Source of the DNA: Candidatus Oxydemutator sp.
GTDB taxonomy: Bacteria > Pseudomonadota > Gammaproteobacteria > Poriferisulfidales > Oxydemutatoraceae
Reading direction: 5' to 3'
Assembly (NCBI GenBank): GCA_965203445.1
Contig: OZ241883.1
Coordinates: 1,248,001 to 1,312,000 of the forward strand
DNA: 64,000 bases
Below are positions 34,801 to 39,950 of this stretch, one piece after another. Within the stretch, counting starts at the first letter, position 1, and each line of letters opens with the position of its first letter. The notes below the pieces were generated by a model. That model saw only the letters and a list, made by a program, of their open reading frames with translations. It did not search any database and was not told the origin of the DNA. Both the position numbers and the translations under genes were made by a program.

Positions 34801-37800
34801 CCGGGTGAGGACAATATCGGGTTGTTCGGTGTTCTGGGGATCGGAGGCAAGATAGAGGAAGTGGGGCTGCGCGACGTGAGTGTTGTGGGAGATGGTATGG
34901 TTGGTGGCTTGACAGGGAGGATTCATAATAGCCTGATCTGGGGTAGTTGGTCGGACCCTGGAGGAGAGATAACCGCCAGTTACGCGACGGGCGTGGTTAG
35001 TGGAACGGAATTTGTAGGCGGCCTCGTGGGAGGCAACAATGGAAGAATAGCCGCCAGTTCCGCGACGGGCGCGATCAGCGGAGAATTCAGTGTAGGCGGC
35101 CTCGCGGGGATCAACGATGGAGAGATAGCTGCCAGTTACGCAACGGGCGCGGTCCGCGGGACACGGGGCGTGGGTGGCCTCGTGGGGAGCAACATCGGAG
35201 AGATAGCCGCCAGTTCCGCGACGGGTGTGGTCAGTGGGACGGATGATGTGGGCGGCCTCATGGGTTACAGCCAGGGAGATATAGTTGCCAGTTACGCGAC
35301 GGGCGCGGTCCGCGGGACACGGGGCGTGGGTGGCCTCGTGGGAAGTAAATGGCAAGGAGATATAGCTGCCAGTTACGCGACGGGCGCGGTCCGCGGGGCG
35401 GAGGAGGTGGGCGGTCTCGTGGGGATCAACCATAGTGGAGAGATAGTCGTTAGTTATGCGACAGGCGCGGTCCGCGGGACATGGGGCGTGGGCGGCCTCG
35501 TGGGGATTCACGCAAAGGGCCGAGGAGATGGAGGGATAGCTGCCAGTTACGCGACGGGTGCGGTCAGTGGGGCACGGGGCGTGGGCGGCCTCGTGGGGGG
35601 CAGCACAGGAGAGATAGCTGCCAGTTACGCGACGGGTGCGGTCAGTGGGACAGATGATGTAGCGGTAGGGGGCCTCGTAGGGGGCGTTGGCATCGCGCGA
35701 CGGTGGTCGAGAGGAGCAGGAGTCGTGTGGTGGACAGGAACAGTAACCGCCGGCTACTGGGATACGTTGACCTCCGGACGTGGATCGAGTGCCGGCGGCA
35801 CGGGCAAGAAGACCTTCGAGTTGCGTTCGCCGACAACGTACACCGGGATTTATGCCGCCTGGAACGTGGACGTGGACGGCGACGAGGCCGCCGATGCCCC
35901 GTGGGGCTTCGGCACCGAGACCGAATATCCGATATTGCGGCATGGCCACGGCACTGCGTCGGTGGCGTTGCAGCAGTCGTTGCAGCCCGTGATTTCGGCG
36001 GACAGCAGTTTGCGCGGTTTGTCGGTCGGCGGTGCCACGTTGTCGCCTGATTTCCGTGCGGCGGTGACGTCGTATGACGCGGTGGCCGACCGCGACGTGG
36101 TTACGGTTGCGGCGTTGGTGGCAGGTGCCGGTGCGCGTGCCGAGATCAGGCCGAGGGACGCGCGAAGAAACGTTGACGGCCACCAGGTGAGGCTGGCGGC
36201 GGGCGCTACCGGCACGGTTACGATTACGGTAACGGTTACGGCGGCGGACGGTTCGGCGACGGAGTACGTCGTGGCGGTCAGTCGTGAGGGCACGGCGCCG
36301 GTGTTCGACGTGGCGGCGACGACGCTGGCGTATGTGGCCGGCGATCTGGTGGACGAGACGCTGCCGGCGGCGCGCGGCGGCGACGGGGAGTTGCGCTACA
36401 CGTTGACTGATGGGCTCACGGACGCCGGGCCGACCAACGCGGGCAGCACGTCGACGCTGACGCTCCCGCTCGGCCTGGAGTTCGACGCGGCATCGCGCCG
36501 GCTGCACGGCAAGCTGACGACGGCGTCGTCAACGTCGCGCTATACGCTGACGGCCACGGACGGCGACGGGAACGTCTCGCCGAGCGACGCCGCCCGGACG
36601 TCCATAGAAATTGTGGTCACGCCCGACCACGACCGCGACGATGACGGCCTGATTTCGATCACGACGCTGGCACAGTTGAACGCGGTACGTTGGGATCTGA
36701 ACGGCGACGGCGTGTCCGCCGATCCCGGATACGCCGCGGCCTTCCCCCACGCGGCCGCGGGCATGGGCTGCCCTGCATCCGGTTGCACGGGCTACGAACT
36801 GGACAACGACCTGGACTTCGACACCGACGGAAACGGCACCATCAACGCGAACGATGGTGCATTGAGTTGGGGCGCGGGCGCCGACGCCGGCAAAGGTTGG
36901 GCGCCCATCGGTGGTTCGGGTTCGTTTGACGGCAGTTTTCGTGCCACGTTCATGGGCAACGGCCACGTGGTCAAAAACCTGTTCATAAATCGGTCGTCGG
37001 ACAAGTGGGTCGGCTTGTTCGGGCGCGTCTTCGCCGGCAGGATCGAAGGGTTGGGGCTGACCGGCGCGGTCGTCATCGGTGATTTCTACGTCGGCGGACT
37101 GGTCGGGTATAACCACGGGGAGATCATCGCGAGCTACGCCAACGCCACCGTCAGCGGCCGCGACCAAGCCGGTGGATTGGTGGGCAGAAACAAGAAGAAG
37201 ATCATCGCCAGTTACGCCAACGCGACCGTCAGCGGCGGGCGCGCCGTCGGCGGTCTGGTGGGCAGAAACAAAGGAGAGATCATCGCCAGCTACGCCAGCG
37301 CGGCCGTTCGCGGCGAGCGCGCCGTCGGCGGCCTGGTGGGCAGAAACAAGAGGAGAATCGCGGCCAGTTACGCCAGGGGCACCGTGCACGGGCGCAAATA
37401 CGTCAGCGGTTTAGTGGGCCGAGGGGGATCCGTGTTCAGCTACTGGGATACCAACGTTTCCAATCTGCCCCCCTATATCGGGGGCGCCGGCAGGACGACC
37501 GGCGAGCTGCAAACGCCGACGAGTTATACCGGCATCTACGCCCACTGGAACATGGACCTGGATAACAGCACGGTGACCGGTGTCGGCGGCAGGGACGACC
37601 CGTGGGACTTCGGCACGAGCAGCCAATATCCGGTGCTGCAATACCGCGGCCTCAGCACCGCCACCCAGTTCGCCGCGCAGCCGTTCGGCGACGCCGACCT
37701 GCGCTCCCTGGTGCTTTCGGTCGGCGTGCTGGAACCGGGCTTCGACGCCGCTATCACCAGTTACGCGGCGGTCGTCGGTTATGCGGCGTTGGTCGGCACG

Positions 37801-38871
37801 GGGCATTATCTGACGGTGACGGCGAGCGCCGCGCATAGCTCGGCTTCCGTAGCCTTCTCGCCCGCGGACGCGCAGGCCTCCGTCGTCGGCCACCAAGTAA
37901 GGTTCGAGAGCGGCGAGAGCAGAACCGTCGCCGTCACCGTAGTGGCCGCGGACGGAGTAACCCGCAAAATCTATACGGTGATGGTGGCCGGGATGCCGCT
38001 GGAAGGCGAATCGGAGCCGGGCTTTGCGGGCGAGATCACCAGATACATGGAGGCTATGCGCCGGGAGGCACCCGCGCCGATGGCGGCGTATGCCGTGGCG
38101 AACCAGATGATGGCGCATGCGGCGACGGCCACGGTGCGCGCCGGGGTATTCCTGCAGGGTGCGTATAACCGCGCAAGCGGGCGCATGAAGACCGCCTATC
38201 GCAACCTGCTGCCGACCGGCCAGCCGTACGACGACCTGGCGCCGTCGGTGGAACTGGATTTCGCCGTGTCCGAGGTCACGCGCACGGTCGTGGACTGGGT
38301 GGTGGTGGAATTGCGCGCCACGACGCAGGGCATCGCCGCGGCCACCGCCGAGACCCGCCTTGACAGGCGGGCGGCCCTGTTGCTTGGCGACGGCAGCGTC
38401 GTCGGCGTCGACGCGGACGCCGAGACGGCGCCCGCCACAATCGAGGCGGGCAACGTCGTCGAGTTTTCGTATTCGCAACATTCGACGACGACGGGCGCCG
38501 CCTTTTACGTGCTGATTCATCATCGCAATCACCTGTCGGTGATGACGACGGCCACCGACGGCGGCGCTTGCGACGGGGCCGATTATTGCGCCGACTTCAG
38601 GAACGGACAATCCTGGGGAGACGGCCAGCACGATATGGGCAACGGTGCTTATGCGACGTTCGCCGGCGATACCGACGGCGACGGCGATATTGATCCTGGC
38701 GACGAAGCCGCCGTCCGGCGCCACAACCTGACCACCATCAACGGCACCGGACGCTACACCGACGGCGCCGTCGACGGCGATCTGAACTTCGACGGCGACG
38801 TGCTTTCGGACGACCGCTACTTTATCCTGAGGAACAACGCCAGAAGAGCATGCGACGTATGCTCGCCGTAG
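16819..38871 (+). CDS. Giant secreted/surface protein with 11 modules of GLUG repeats, cadherin-like beta-sandwich and Ig-like domains, plus a C-terminal Ca-binding-like domain
   Basis: Uninterrupted 7350-codon frame. Signal-peptide-like N-terminus (likely ATG 16861, ending ASA-Q). About 79 VGGLVG repeats counted by eye; DxDxDG motifs. Confidence 0.9.
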   Translation: MVASCTLVSLIIGGMSLFSRQLHHAYVASVLCVVVSGVGSTASAQTGDTSSTPTVSTADYDANRNGLIEVSSLEQLNAIRWDLDGDGVPTRAGAASYAVAFPNTGGVVCRTTTTATVSCKGYELVSDLDFNTGDPSTRTDDLYYNDGAGWEPIGTCRRRWCSASDSYAATFRGNGHVVHSLFIRRLGENFVGLFDSLGNGSRIEEVSLRDVSVEGREYVGGLVGAVPWDVTDVTISTSHVTGMVSGTDYYVGGLVGFNSGEIVASYATGTVSGTGEFVGGLVGRNDGEIVASYATGAVGGTNFFVGGLVGQNYGKIAASYATGAVRGTNFYVGGLVGRNSGKIATSYATGAVSGGMGDVGGFVGRNSGKIAASYATGAVSASGTGLFVYVGGLVGGNMGEIAASYATGAVSWSGTGLFVDVGGLVGYNYILMGDIAVSYWDTLTSGRGSSDGGTGKKTFELRSPTTYTGIYAAWNVDVDGDGAADAPWDFGTSTQYPTLRHGHGAASVALQRPSQPVISADGSLRGLSVGGATLSPDFRAAVTSYDAASEYDVVTVTALVADAGARATISPEDAQSDIDGHQVRLAAGTTDTVTITVTVTAADGSATEYVVVVGHGDAPSPLEDTAPAFEIAATTLTYTAGASVDQTLPAARDGDGELRYRLTNAGSTPTLTLPSGLEFDAATRRLHGRLTTASSSARYTLTATDGDGNLSPADAARMSIAIIVSPDHDANRNGLIEISSLEQLNAIRWDLDGNGVPTRAGAVSYAAAFPNAGGVVCRTTTGTVSCKGYELISDLDFNTGDEGTRTDDLYYNNGAGWEPISACDRPYSYPYLVSCPGYAATFSGSGHVIYNLFIQRPREKYIGLFGVLMEASKIEGVKLRDVSVVGGGYVGGLAGSLGTDGGWFQSVPGGEITDSYAAGKVSGEYSVGGLVGFNNGDIAASYAMVSVSATEEKYIGGFVGINLGDIAASHATGAVSGTEYVGGLVGLNKGEIAASYATGAVSGRDAGDIVWSKTGEFVGGLVGYNWRGGRIASSYATGAVNGTDNYVGGLAGHNSGDIASSYATGAVNGTDNYVGGLVGISWGGIIASYATGAVGGKDEVGGLVGYNWRGGRIASSYATGAVNGTDYVGGLVGFNRGEIASSYATGAVSGTDYVGGLVGDISIVWWWLGRTVTASYWDTLTSGLERSDGGTGKKTFELRSPTTYTGIYAAWNVDVDGDRAADAPWDFGTETQYPILRHGHGTASVALQQSAQPVISADGSLRGLSVDGATLSPDFRAAVTSYRVASEYDVVTVTALVANAGARAEISPKDAQSDVDGHQVRLAAGTTSTITVTVTAADGSATEYVVVVSHEGAVPPLEDTAPVFDVAATTLTYMAGASVDETLPAARGGDGELRYRLTDAGLTNAGSTPTLVLALAPGLEFDAASRRLYGRLTTASSSARYTLTATDGDGNLSPADAARTSIAIVVLPDHDANRNGLIEVSSLEQLNAIRWDLDGDGVPARAGATSYTAAFPNTGGVVCRTTTMVSCKGYELVSDLDFNTGDPGTRTDDLYYNNGAGWEPIGVCDRSSFIRFLVPCPGYAATFSGNGHVIYNLFIRRPGEDYIGLFGVLMASKIEEVGLRDVSVVGNAYVGGLAGHLRDAVTWRKSGLGGEMITASYVTGAVRGTGWHVGGLVGENDGKIASSYAAGSVSGADGYVGGLVGLNGYGGEIASSYATGTVSGTESVVGGLVGGSWGKIVASYSYATGATSRRETGGWYELISIGGLVGKNGHTGKIVASYATGAVSGAGRFIYVGGLAGVNNGGITASYWDTLTSGRGSSAGGTGKKTSELHSPTTYTGIYAAWNVDVDGDGATDAPWDFGTSTQYPTLRYGHGAASVALQRPSQPVISADSGLRGLSVGGTTLRPDFRAAVTLYHAVSEYDVVTVTAVVADAGARAEISPEDAQSDVGGHQVRLATGAVSTVTVTVTAADGSATEYVVMIRRVDVAPLFDVAATTLTYVAGASVDETLPAARGGDGELRYALTDAELTDAGSTRTLTLPPGLEFDATARRLHGRLTTASSMARYTLTATDGDGNLAPSDAARMSIAIVVLPDHDANRNGLIEISNLEQLNAIRWDLDGDGVPTEAGAAPYAAAFPSTGGVVCRTTTATVSCKGYELMSDLDFNTGDANTRTDDLYYDDGAGWEPIGTCDGTYECHAFDPGYAATFRGNGHVIRNLLIRRPDERRVGLFGYLAGGSRIEEVGLRGVHVEGRKYVGGLAGQSGVRYATGTAVVSIGSSYATGVVSGTSVVGGLAGWNLGGEITASYAAGMVYGGDMTGGLVGVHERKLTASSATATVGGRDWAGGLVGSNEGEITASYATGAVGGRDNVGGLVGYNWGRIAAGYATGAVGGRDNVGGFVGGNPSSGEIVASYATGVAGGRDEVGGLVGHNWGRVAASYATGKVSGERFAGGFVGHNHTWGAITAGYWDTLASGLAWSDAGTGKKTFELRSPTTYTGIYAAWNVDVDSDGAADAPWDFGTSTQYPTLRYGHGAESVALQRPSQPVISADSGLRGLSVGGTTLRPDFRAAITLYHAASEYDVVTVTVLVADAGARAQINPEDAQSDVDGHQVRLATGTTSTVTITVTAADGSATEYVVMIRHEDEAPVFDVAATTLTYVAGASVDETLPAARGGDGELRYTLTDAGLTDAGSTRTLTLPPGLEFDATARRLHGRLTTASSTSRYTLTATDGDRNLSPSDAARTSIAIIVLPDHDANRNGLIEISSLKQLNAIRWDLDGDGVPTATGATPYAAAFPNAGGVVCRATTTRTVSCKGYELVSDLDFNTGDPSTRTDDLYYNADAGWEPVGACDRPYIDPFLPDHVPCPGYAATFSGNGHVIYNLFIRRPGEDYVGLFGVLGSGSRIEGVGLRDVTVSSGKGAVGSLVGVNYEGEIVASYATGAVSGTGYDVGGLVGSNGSTITASYATGAVSGPDVAGGLVGYNWEGEIVASYATGAVGGENIAGGLVGFNWGDTAVRSSYWDTSASGLEWSDGGTGRKTFELRSPTTYTGIYAAWNVDVDGDDVADAPWDFGTSTQYPVLRYGRGAASVALQQSSQPVIAEDGSLRGLSVSGTTLSPDFRATVTSYRTVSKYEDMVTVTALVADAGARTEISPEDAQSDVEGHQVRLAIAAVSTITVTVTAADGSPTEYVVMIRHESAAPLFDAAATTLTYVAGTTVDETLPAARGGDGELRYTLMDALADRLIGALTNVGITQTLVPTLTLPPGLEFDAASRRLHGSPTTASSMARYTLTATDGDDDLSPADAARTSIAIVVSPNHDDNRNGLIEISSLEQLNAIRWDQDGDGVPAEAGAASYAAAFPSAGGVVCRTTTGVVSCKGYELVSDLDFNTGDPSTRTDDLYYNNGAGWEPIVGYAATFRGNGHVIDNLFIRRPGEDRIGLFGFLADGGRIERVGLRGVSVVGKDSVGSLVGVLTGVRYASRTAIASIVSGYATGTVGGEDNVGGLVGSNWRGGEITASYATAKVNGTGQYVGGLVGGNWKRGRIAASYATGAVSGTKYVGGLVGVSYNGGEIAASYATGAVSGTSRVGGLVGGNGRYAEIVASYATGAVSGRDHVGGLAGISAGEIAASYATGAVSGTEDVGGLVGGNGNVRWLSKIETASYWDTLTSGLERSDGGTGKKTFELRSPTTYTGIYTAWNVDVDGDDVADAPWDFGTSTQYPVLRYGHGGASVSSQRPAQPMISADGSLRGLSVSGAMLSPDFRAAVTSYDAAAGHDMATVTAVVADAGARAEISPEDAQSDIDGHQVRLATGAASTVTVTVMAADGSATEYVVMISYEDTAPVFDVAATTLTYVAGASVDETLPAARGGNGELRYTLMDGLTGRLTSALTNVDVTQTLARTLTLPPGLEFDATSHRLHGRLTTASSMARYTLTATDSDGNLAPSDAARTSIAIVVSPDHDGNRNGLIEVSSLEQLNAIRWDLDGNGVPTATGAASYAAAFPSTDGVVCRTATEVVPCKGYELVSDLDFNTGDPSTRTDDLYYNNGAGWEPIGGYAATFRGNGHAIRNLFIRRPSEDRIGLFGSLAGDSRIERVGLRGASVVGNDDVGALAGQAGAQDATGTTIIASHATGAVRGEERIGGLVGRNLGRIAAGYAMATVGGAWDVGGLAGWNSGEIVAGYATGTASGRLNTGGLVGANSEGGTIAASYATGAVGGQSNTGGLVGADSKGGPITASYWDTMTSGRAWSAGGAGRKTFELRSPTTYTGIYAAWNVDVDGDGAADAPWDFGTSTQYPVLRYGRAAASVSRQRPAQPMISADSSLRGLSVSGATLSPDFRAAVTSYRAVADRDVVTVAALVADAGARAEISPRDAQSDVDGHQVRLATDTTDTVTVTVTAADGSATEYVVMIRRMDVAPVFDVAATTLTYVAGASVDETLPAARDGNGELRYTLMDGLTGRLTGALTNVGVTQTLARTLTLPPGLEFNAATRRLHGSLTTASSTLRYTLTAVDGDGNLAPNDAARTSIAIIVLPDHDGNRNALIEISSLEQLNAIRWDLDGDGVPTEAGAASYAAAFPSTDGVVCRTTTSVVPCKGYELISDLDFNTGDPSTRTDDLYYNDGAGWEPIGTCSWWCFASDGYVTTFRGNSHVIDNLFIRRPDEDRIGLFGVLGSGSRIEGVGLRDARVEGDDYVGGLAGLAVGRTPIISTNYVTGAVSGMDDVGGLVGYNNGEITASYATGAVRGTNAVGGLVGFHRGEIFASYATGAVRGRDSVGGLAGRNESVQIAASYATGAVRGRYNVGGLVGKNDVEIFASYATGVVSGTGDVGGLVGDNWRGEIAASYATGAVSGTDDVGGLVGYNNGEITASYATGAVRGRYNIGGFVGRGRGTVTASYWDTLTSGRDSSADGTGKKTFELRSPTTYTGIYAAWNVDVDGDEAADAPWGFGTETEYPILRYGHGTASVALQRSAQPVISADSSLRGLSVVGTTLSPDFRAAVTSYDAASEYDVVTVTALVADAGARAEISPDDAQSDVDGHQVRLAASATGTVTITVTVTAADGSATEYVLVVGHEDVPPPLEDTAPTFEIAATTLTYTAGASVDETLPAARGGDGELRYTLTDGLTDAGPTNAGSTPTLTLTLPPGLEFDAATRRLHGRLTTASSTSRYTLTAVDGDGNLAPSDAARTSIAIVVLPDHDANRNSLIEISSLEQLNAIRWDLDGNGVPTEAGAASYAAAFPSTDGVVCRTTTGVVSCKGYELVSDLDFNTGDPSTRTDDLYYNNGAGWEPVGQCRRTLGWYSCSASDSYAATFRGNGHVIHNLFIRRPGENYVGLFGYLRGGRIEGVGLHDVRVEGHSDVGGLAGRADAWLNFGIWTSITIISNSHVTGVVSGTGRSVGGLVGFNRGEITASYATGVVSGTGRYDAGGLVGDNRGEITASYATGVVSGTDNAGGLVGLNRGEITASYATGVVSGTDNAGGLVGINDGEIAASYATGAVRGVTDVGGLVGFNQGEIVASYATGAVSRTVWYGYVGGLVGYNNSNGKIAASYATGAVRGRWREGGLIGNNGSAVRSWRGTVTASYWDKLTSGHAWSDGGTGKKTFELRAPTTYTGIYAAWNVDVDGDEAADAPWGFGTETEYPILRYGHGTASVALQQSLQPVISADSSLRGLSVVGTTLSPDFRAAVTSYDAASEYDVVTVTVLVADAGARAEISPDDAQSEVDGHQVRLAAGATGTVTITVTVTAADGSATEYVVVVGHEDVPPPLEDTAPTFEIAATTLTYTAGASVDETLPAARGGDGELRYTLTDGLTDAGPTNAGSTPTLTLTLPPGLEFDAATRRLHGSLTTASSTSRYTLTATDGDGNLAPSDAARLSVAIVVLSMPDHDGNRNSLIEISSLEQLNAIRWDLDGNGVPTEAGAASYAAAFPSTDGVVCRATTATVPCKGYELISDLDFNTGDPSTRTDDLYYNNGAGWEPIGTCSGWLWWPRCSKSDGYAAMFSGNGHVIYNLLIQRPGEDNIGLFGVLGIGGKIEEVGLRDVSVVGDGMVGGLTGRIHNSLIWGSWSDPGGEITASYATGVVSGTEFVGGLVGGNNGRIAASSATGAISGEFSVGGLAGINDGEIAASYATGAVRGTRGVGGLVGSNIGEIAASSATGVVSGTDDVGGLMGYSQGDIVASYATGAVRGTRGVGGLVGSKWQGDIAASYATGAVRGAEEVGGLVGINHSGEIVVSYATGAVRGTWGVGGLVGIHAKGRGDGGIAASYATGAVSGARGVGGLVGGSTGEIAASYATGAVSGTDDVAVGGLVGGVGIARRWSRGAGVVWWTGTVTAGYWDTLTSGRGSSAGGTGKKTFELRSPTTYTGIYAAWNVDVDGDEAADAPWGFGTETEYPILRHGHGTASVALQQSLQPVISADSSLRGLSVGGATLSPDFRAAVTSYDAVADRDVVTVAALVAGAGARAEIRPRDARRNVDGHQVRLAAGATGTVTITVTVTAADGSATEYVVAVSREGTAPVFDVAATTLAYVAGDLVDETLPAARGGDGELRYTLTDGLTDAGPTNAGSTSTLTLPLGLEFDAASRRLHGKLTTASSTSRYTLTATDGDGNVSPSDAARTSIEIVVTPDHDRDDDGLISITTLAQLNAVRWDLNGDGVSADPGYAAAFPHAAAGMGCPASGCTGYELDNDLDFDTDGNGTINANDGALSWGAGADAGKGWAPIGGSGSFDGSFRATFMGNGHVVKNLFINRSSDKWVGLFGRVFAGRIEGLGLTGAVVIGDFYVGGLVGYNHGEIIASYANATVSGRDQAGGLVGRNKKKIIASYANATVSGGRAVGGLVGRNKGEIIASYASAAVRGERAVGGLVGRNKRRIAASYARGTVHGRKYVSGLVGRGGSVFSYWDTNVSNLPPYIGGAGRTTGELQTPTSYTGIYAHWNMDLDNSTVTGVGGRDDPWDFGTSSQYPVLQYRGLSTATQFAAQPFGDADLRSLVLSVGVLEPGFDAAITSYAAVVGYAALVGTGHYLTVTASAAHSSASVAFSPADAQASVVGHQVRFESGESRTVAVTVVAADGVTRKIYTVMVAGMPLEGESEPGFAGEITRYMEAMRREAPAPMAAYAVANQMMAHAATATVRAGVFLQGAYNRASGRMKTAYRNLLPTGQPYDDLAPSVELDFAVSEVTRTVVDWVVVELRATTQGIAAATAETRLDRRAALLLGDGSVVGVDADAETAPATIEAGNVVEFSYSQHSTTTGAAFYVLIHHRNHLSVMTTATDGGACDGADYCADFRNGQSWGDGQHDMGNGAYATFAGDTDGDGDIDPGDEAAVRRHNLTTINGTGRYTDGAVDGDLNFDGDVLSDDRYFILRNNARRACDVCSP
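16993..38000 (+). repeat. Intragenic tandem macro-repeat: ten 1.7-2.2 kb modules plus one shorter, diverged module
   Basis: Module starts (DHDxNRNGLIE) at about 16993, 18997, 21223, 23089, 25057, 26743, 28660, 30376, 32353 and 34411; diverged copy at 36625. Confidence 0.92.
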
Positions 38872-38892
38872 CCGGGCAAGGCGCGGTCGTGC

Positions 38893-39945
38893 TCACCCGG
38901 CCGAAAGCAACCGATCAAGCGTCGCGCACACCTCGGCGACTGTAATCCGCTCCATCACGCCCGGCGCTTCGAGCTTGGTTCCCCACGGGATTTCCTCTAC
39001 TTTCTTCCCCAACACGTCGCGCACGACCTCGGGGTAGCGGTTGACGCACCATTGCCGGCTTAGATAGGGTGCGGCGCGCTCGGGGTTGGTCGCCGCGTAC
39101 AGTCCGATGACCGGGGTCGCCGAGCACGCGGCGATATGCGCTGGTCCCGAGTCCGGCGCGAGTACCGCCGTGGCGCGTGCGATCAGCGCCGCCAGTTGCT
39201 TCAGGGTCGTGCGCCCGACGAGAGCGGTTGTCTCGCGGTTCGCGCGGCGCAGCATCTCGCTCTGACAGCGGTGCTCGATTTCGCTGCCGGCGCCGGTGAC
39301 CACGACGCGCATCGCGTGCTCGCGCGCGGCATAGTCGGCGACCTCGGCGTAGCGCGCGGCCGGCCAGTTGCGCAACGGATGGCTCGAACACGGGCTTATC
39401 AGCAGCGTCTTCTGCTCACCGGGCAGCAGGCGTTCGGCAAAGGCGGCTTCCTCGTCGCCGTGGCAGCGCGGCCAGTGCAGTTGTCTCTCCTCGATACCGA
39501 GCGCCTCGCTGAAACCGAACAGGCCGTCGAGCACGTGCTGGCGCGCGCGCGCGGCGATGCGGCGGTTGACGAAGCAGCCGTGCGCGTCCTTCGAGCGCGC
39601 GCGGTCGAAGCCGATGCGCAGCGGCGCCCTCACGCACAGGCTGGCCAAGTGTGCGCGCATCGAATACTGCATCAGCAGCAGCGCGTCGAAACGCCGCCGC
39701 CGCAGCCTGCGCGCAAGATCAAAATAGGCTTTGCCTCCCGCCGCCTTGTCGAATACGATGAACTCGATGCCGCCGAGACCCGCGACCAGCGAGTGCTCGG
39801 TTTTGCCGATGATCCAGGTGATTTTTGTCTTTTGCCGGGTATTTTTTATAGTATGGACGACGGGCAGGACGTGGACGACGTCGCCAATCGCCGACAGGCG
39901 CACCAAACAAAGGTTTTGCGGAGGCCGCGCGGGAAGCCGGGACAT
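38893..39945 (-). CDS. GT9 heptosyltransferase (OpsX-like)
   Basis: RLSAIGDVVH, PDSGPAHIA, GLYAATNPER. Divergent from the Kdo kinase gene. Confidence 0.85.
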   Translation of the reverse strand: MSRLPARPPQNLCLVRLSAIGDVVHVLPVVHTIKNTRQKTKITWIIGKTEHSLVAGLGGIEFIVFDKAAGGKAYFDLARRLRRRRFDALLLMQYSMRAHLASLCVRAPLRIGFDRARSKDAHGCFVNRRIAARARQHVLDGLFGFSEALGIEERQLHWPRCHGDEEAAFAERLLPGEQKTLLISPCSSHPLRNWPAARYAEVADYAAREHAMRVVVTGAGSEIEHRCQSEMLRRANRETTALVGRTTLKQLAALIARATAVLAPDSGPAHIAACSATPVIGLYAATNPERAAPYLSRQWCVNRYPEVVRDVLGKKVEEIPWGTKLEAPGVMERITVAEVCATLDRLLSAG

Positions 39946-39950
39946 AGCGT

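Noticed and set aside
17470-35760. Constant/variable DNA alternation resembling a CRISPR array
   Set aside because: The units are in-frame coding GLUG repeats, the variable parts are only a few codons long, and no cas genes are present.
17404-38724. Many long antisense and alternative-frame ORFs over the giant gene and other genes
   Set aside because: Arg/Ala/Pro-rich shadow ORFs expected from high GC and repeats; no recognisable motifs.
16819-38871. Diversity-generating retroelement as the source of variation
   Set aside because: No RT or template repeat in the window; variation includes indels and is not visibly adenine-restricted. A remote DGR cannot be excluded.
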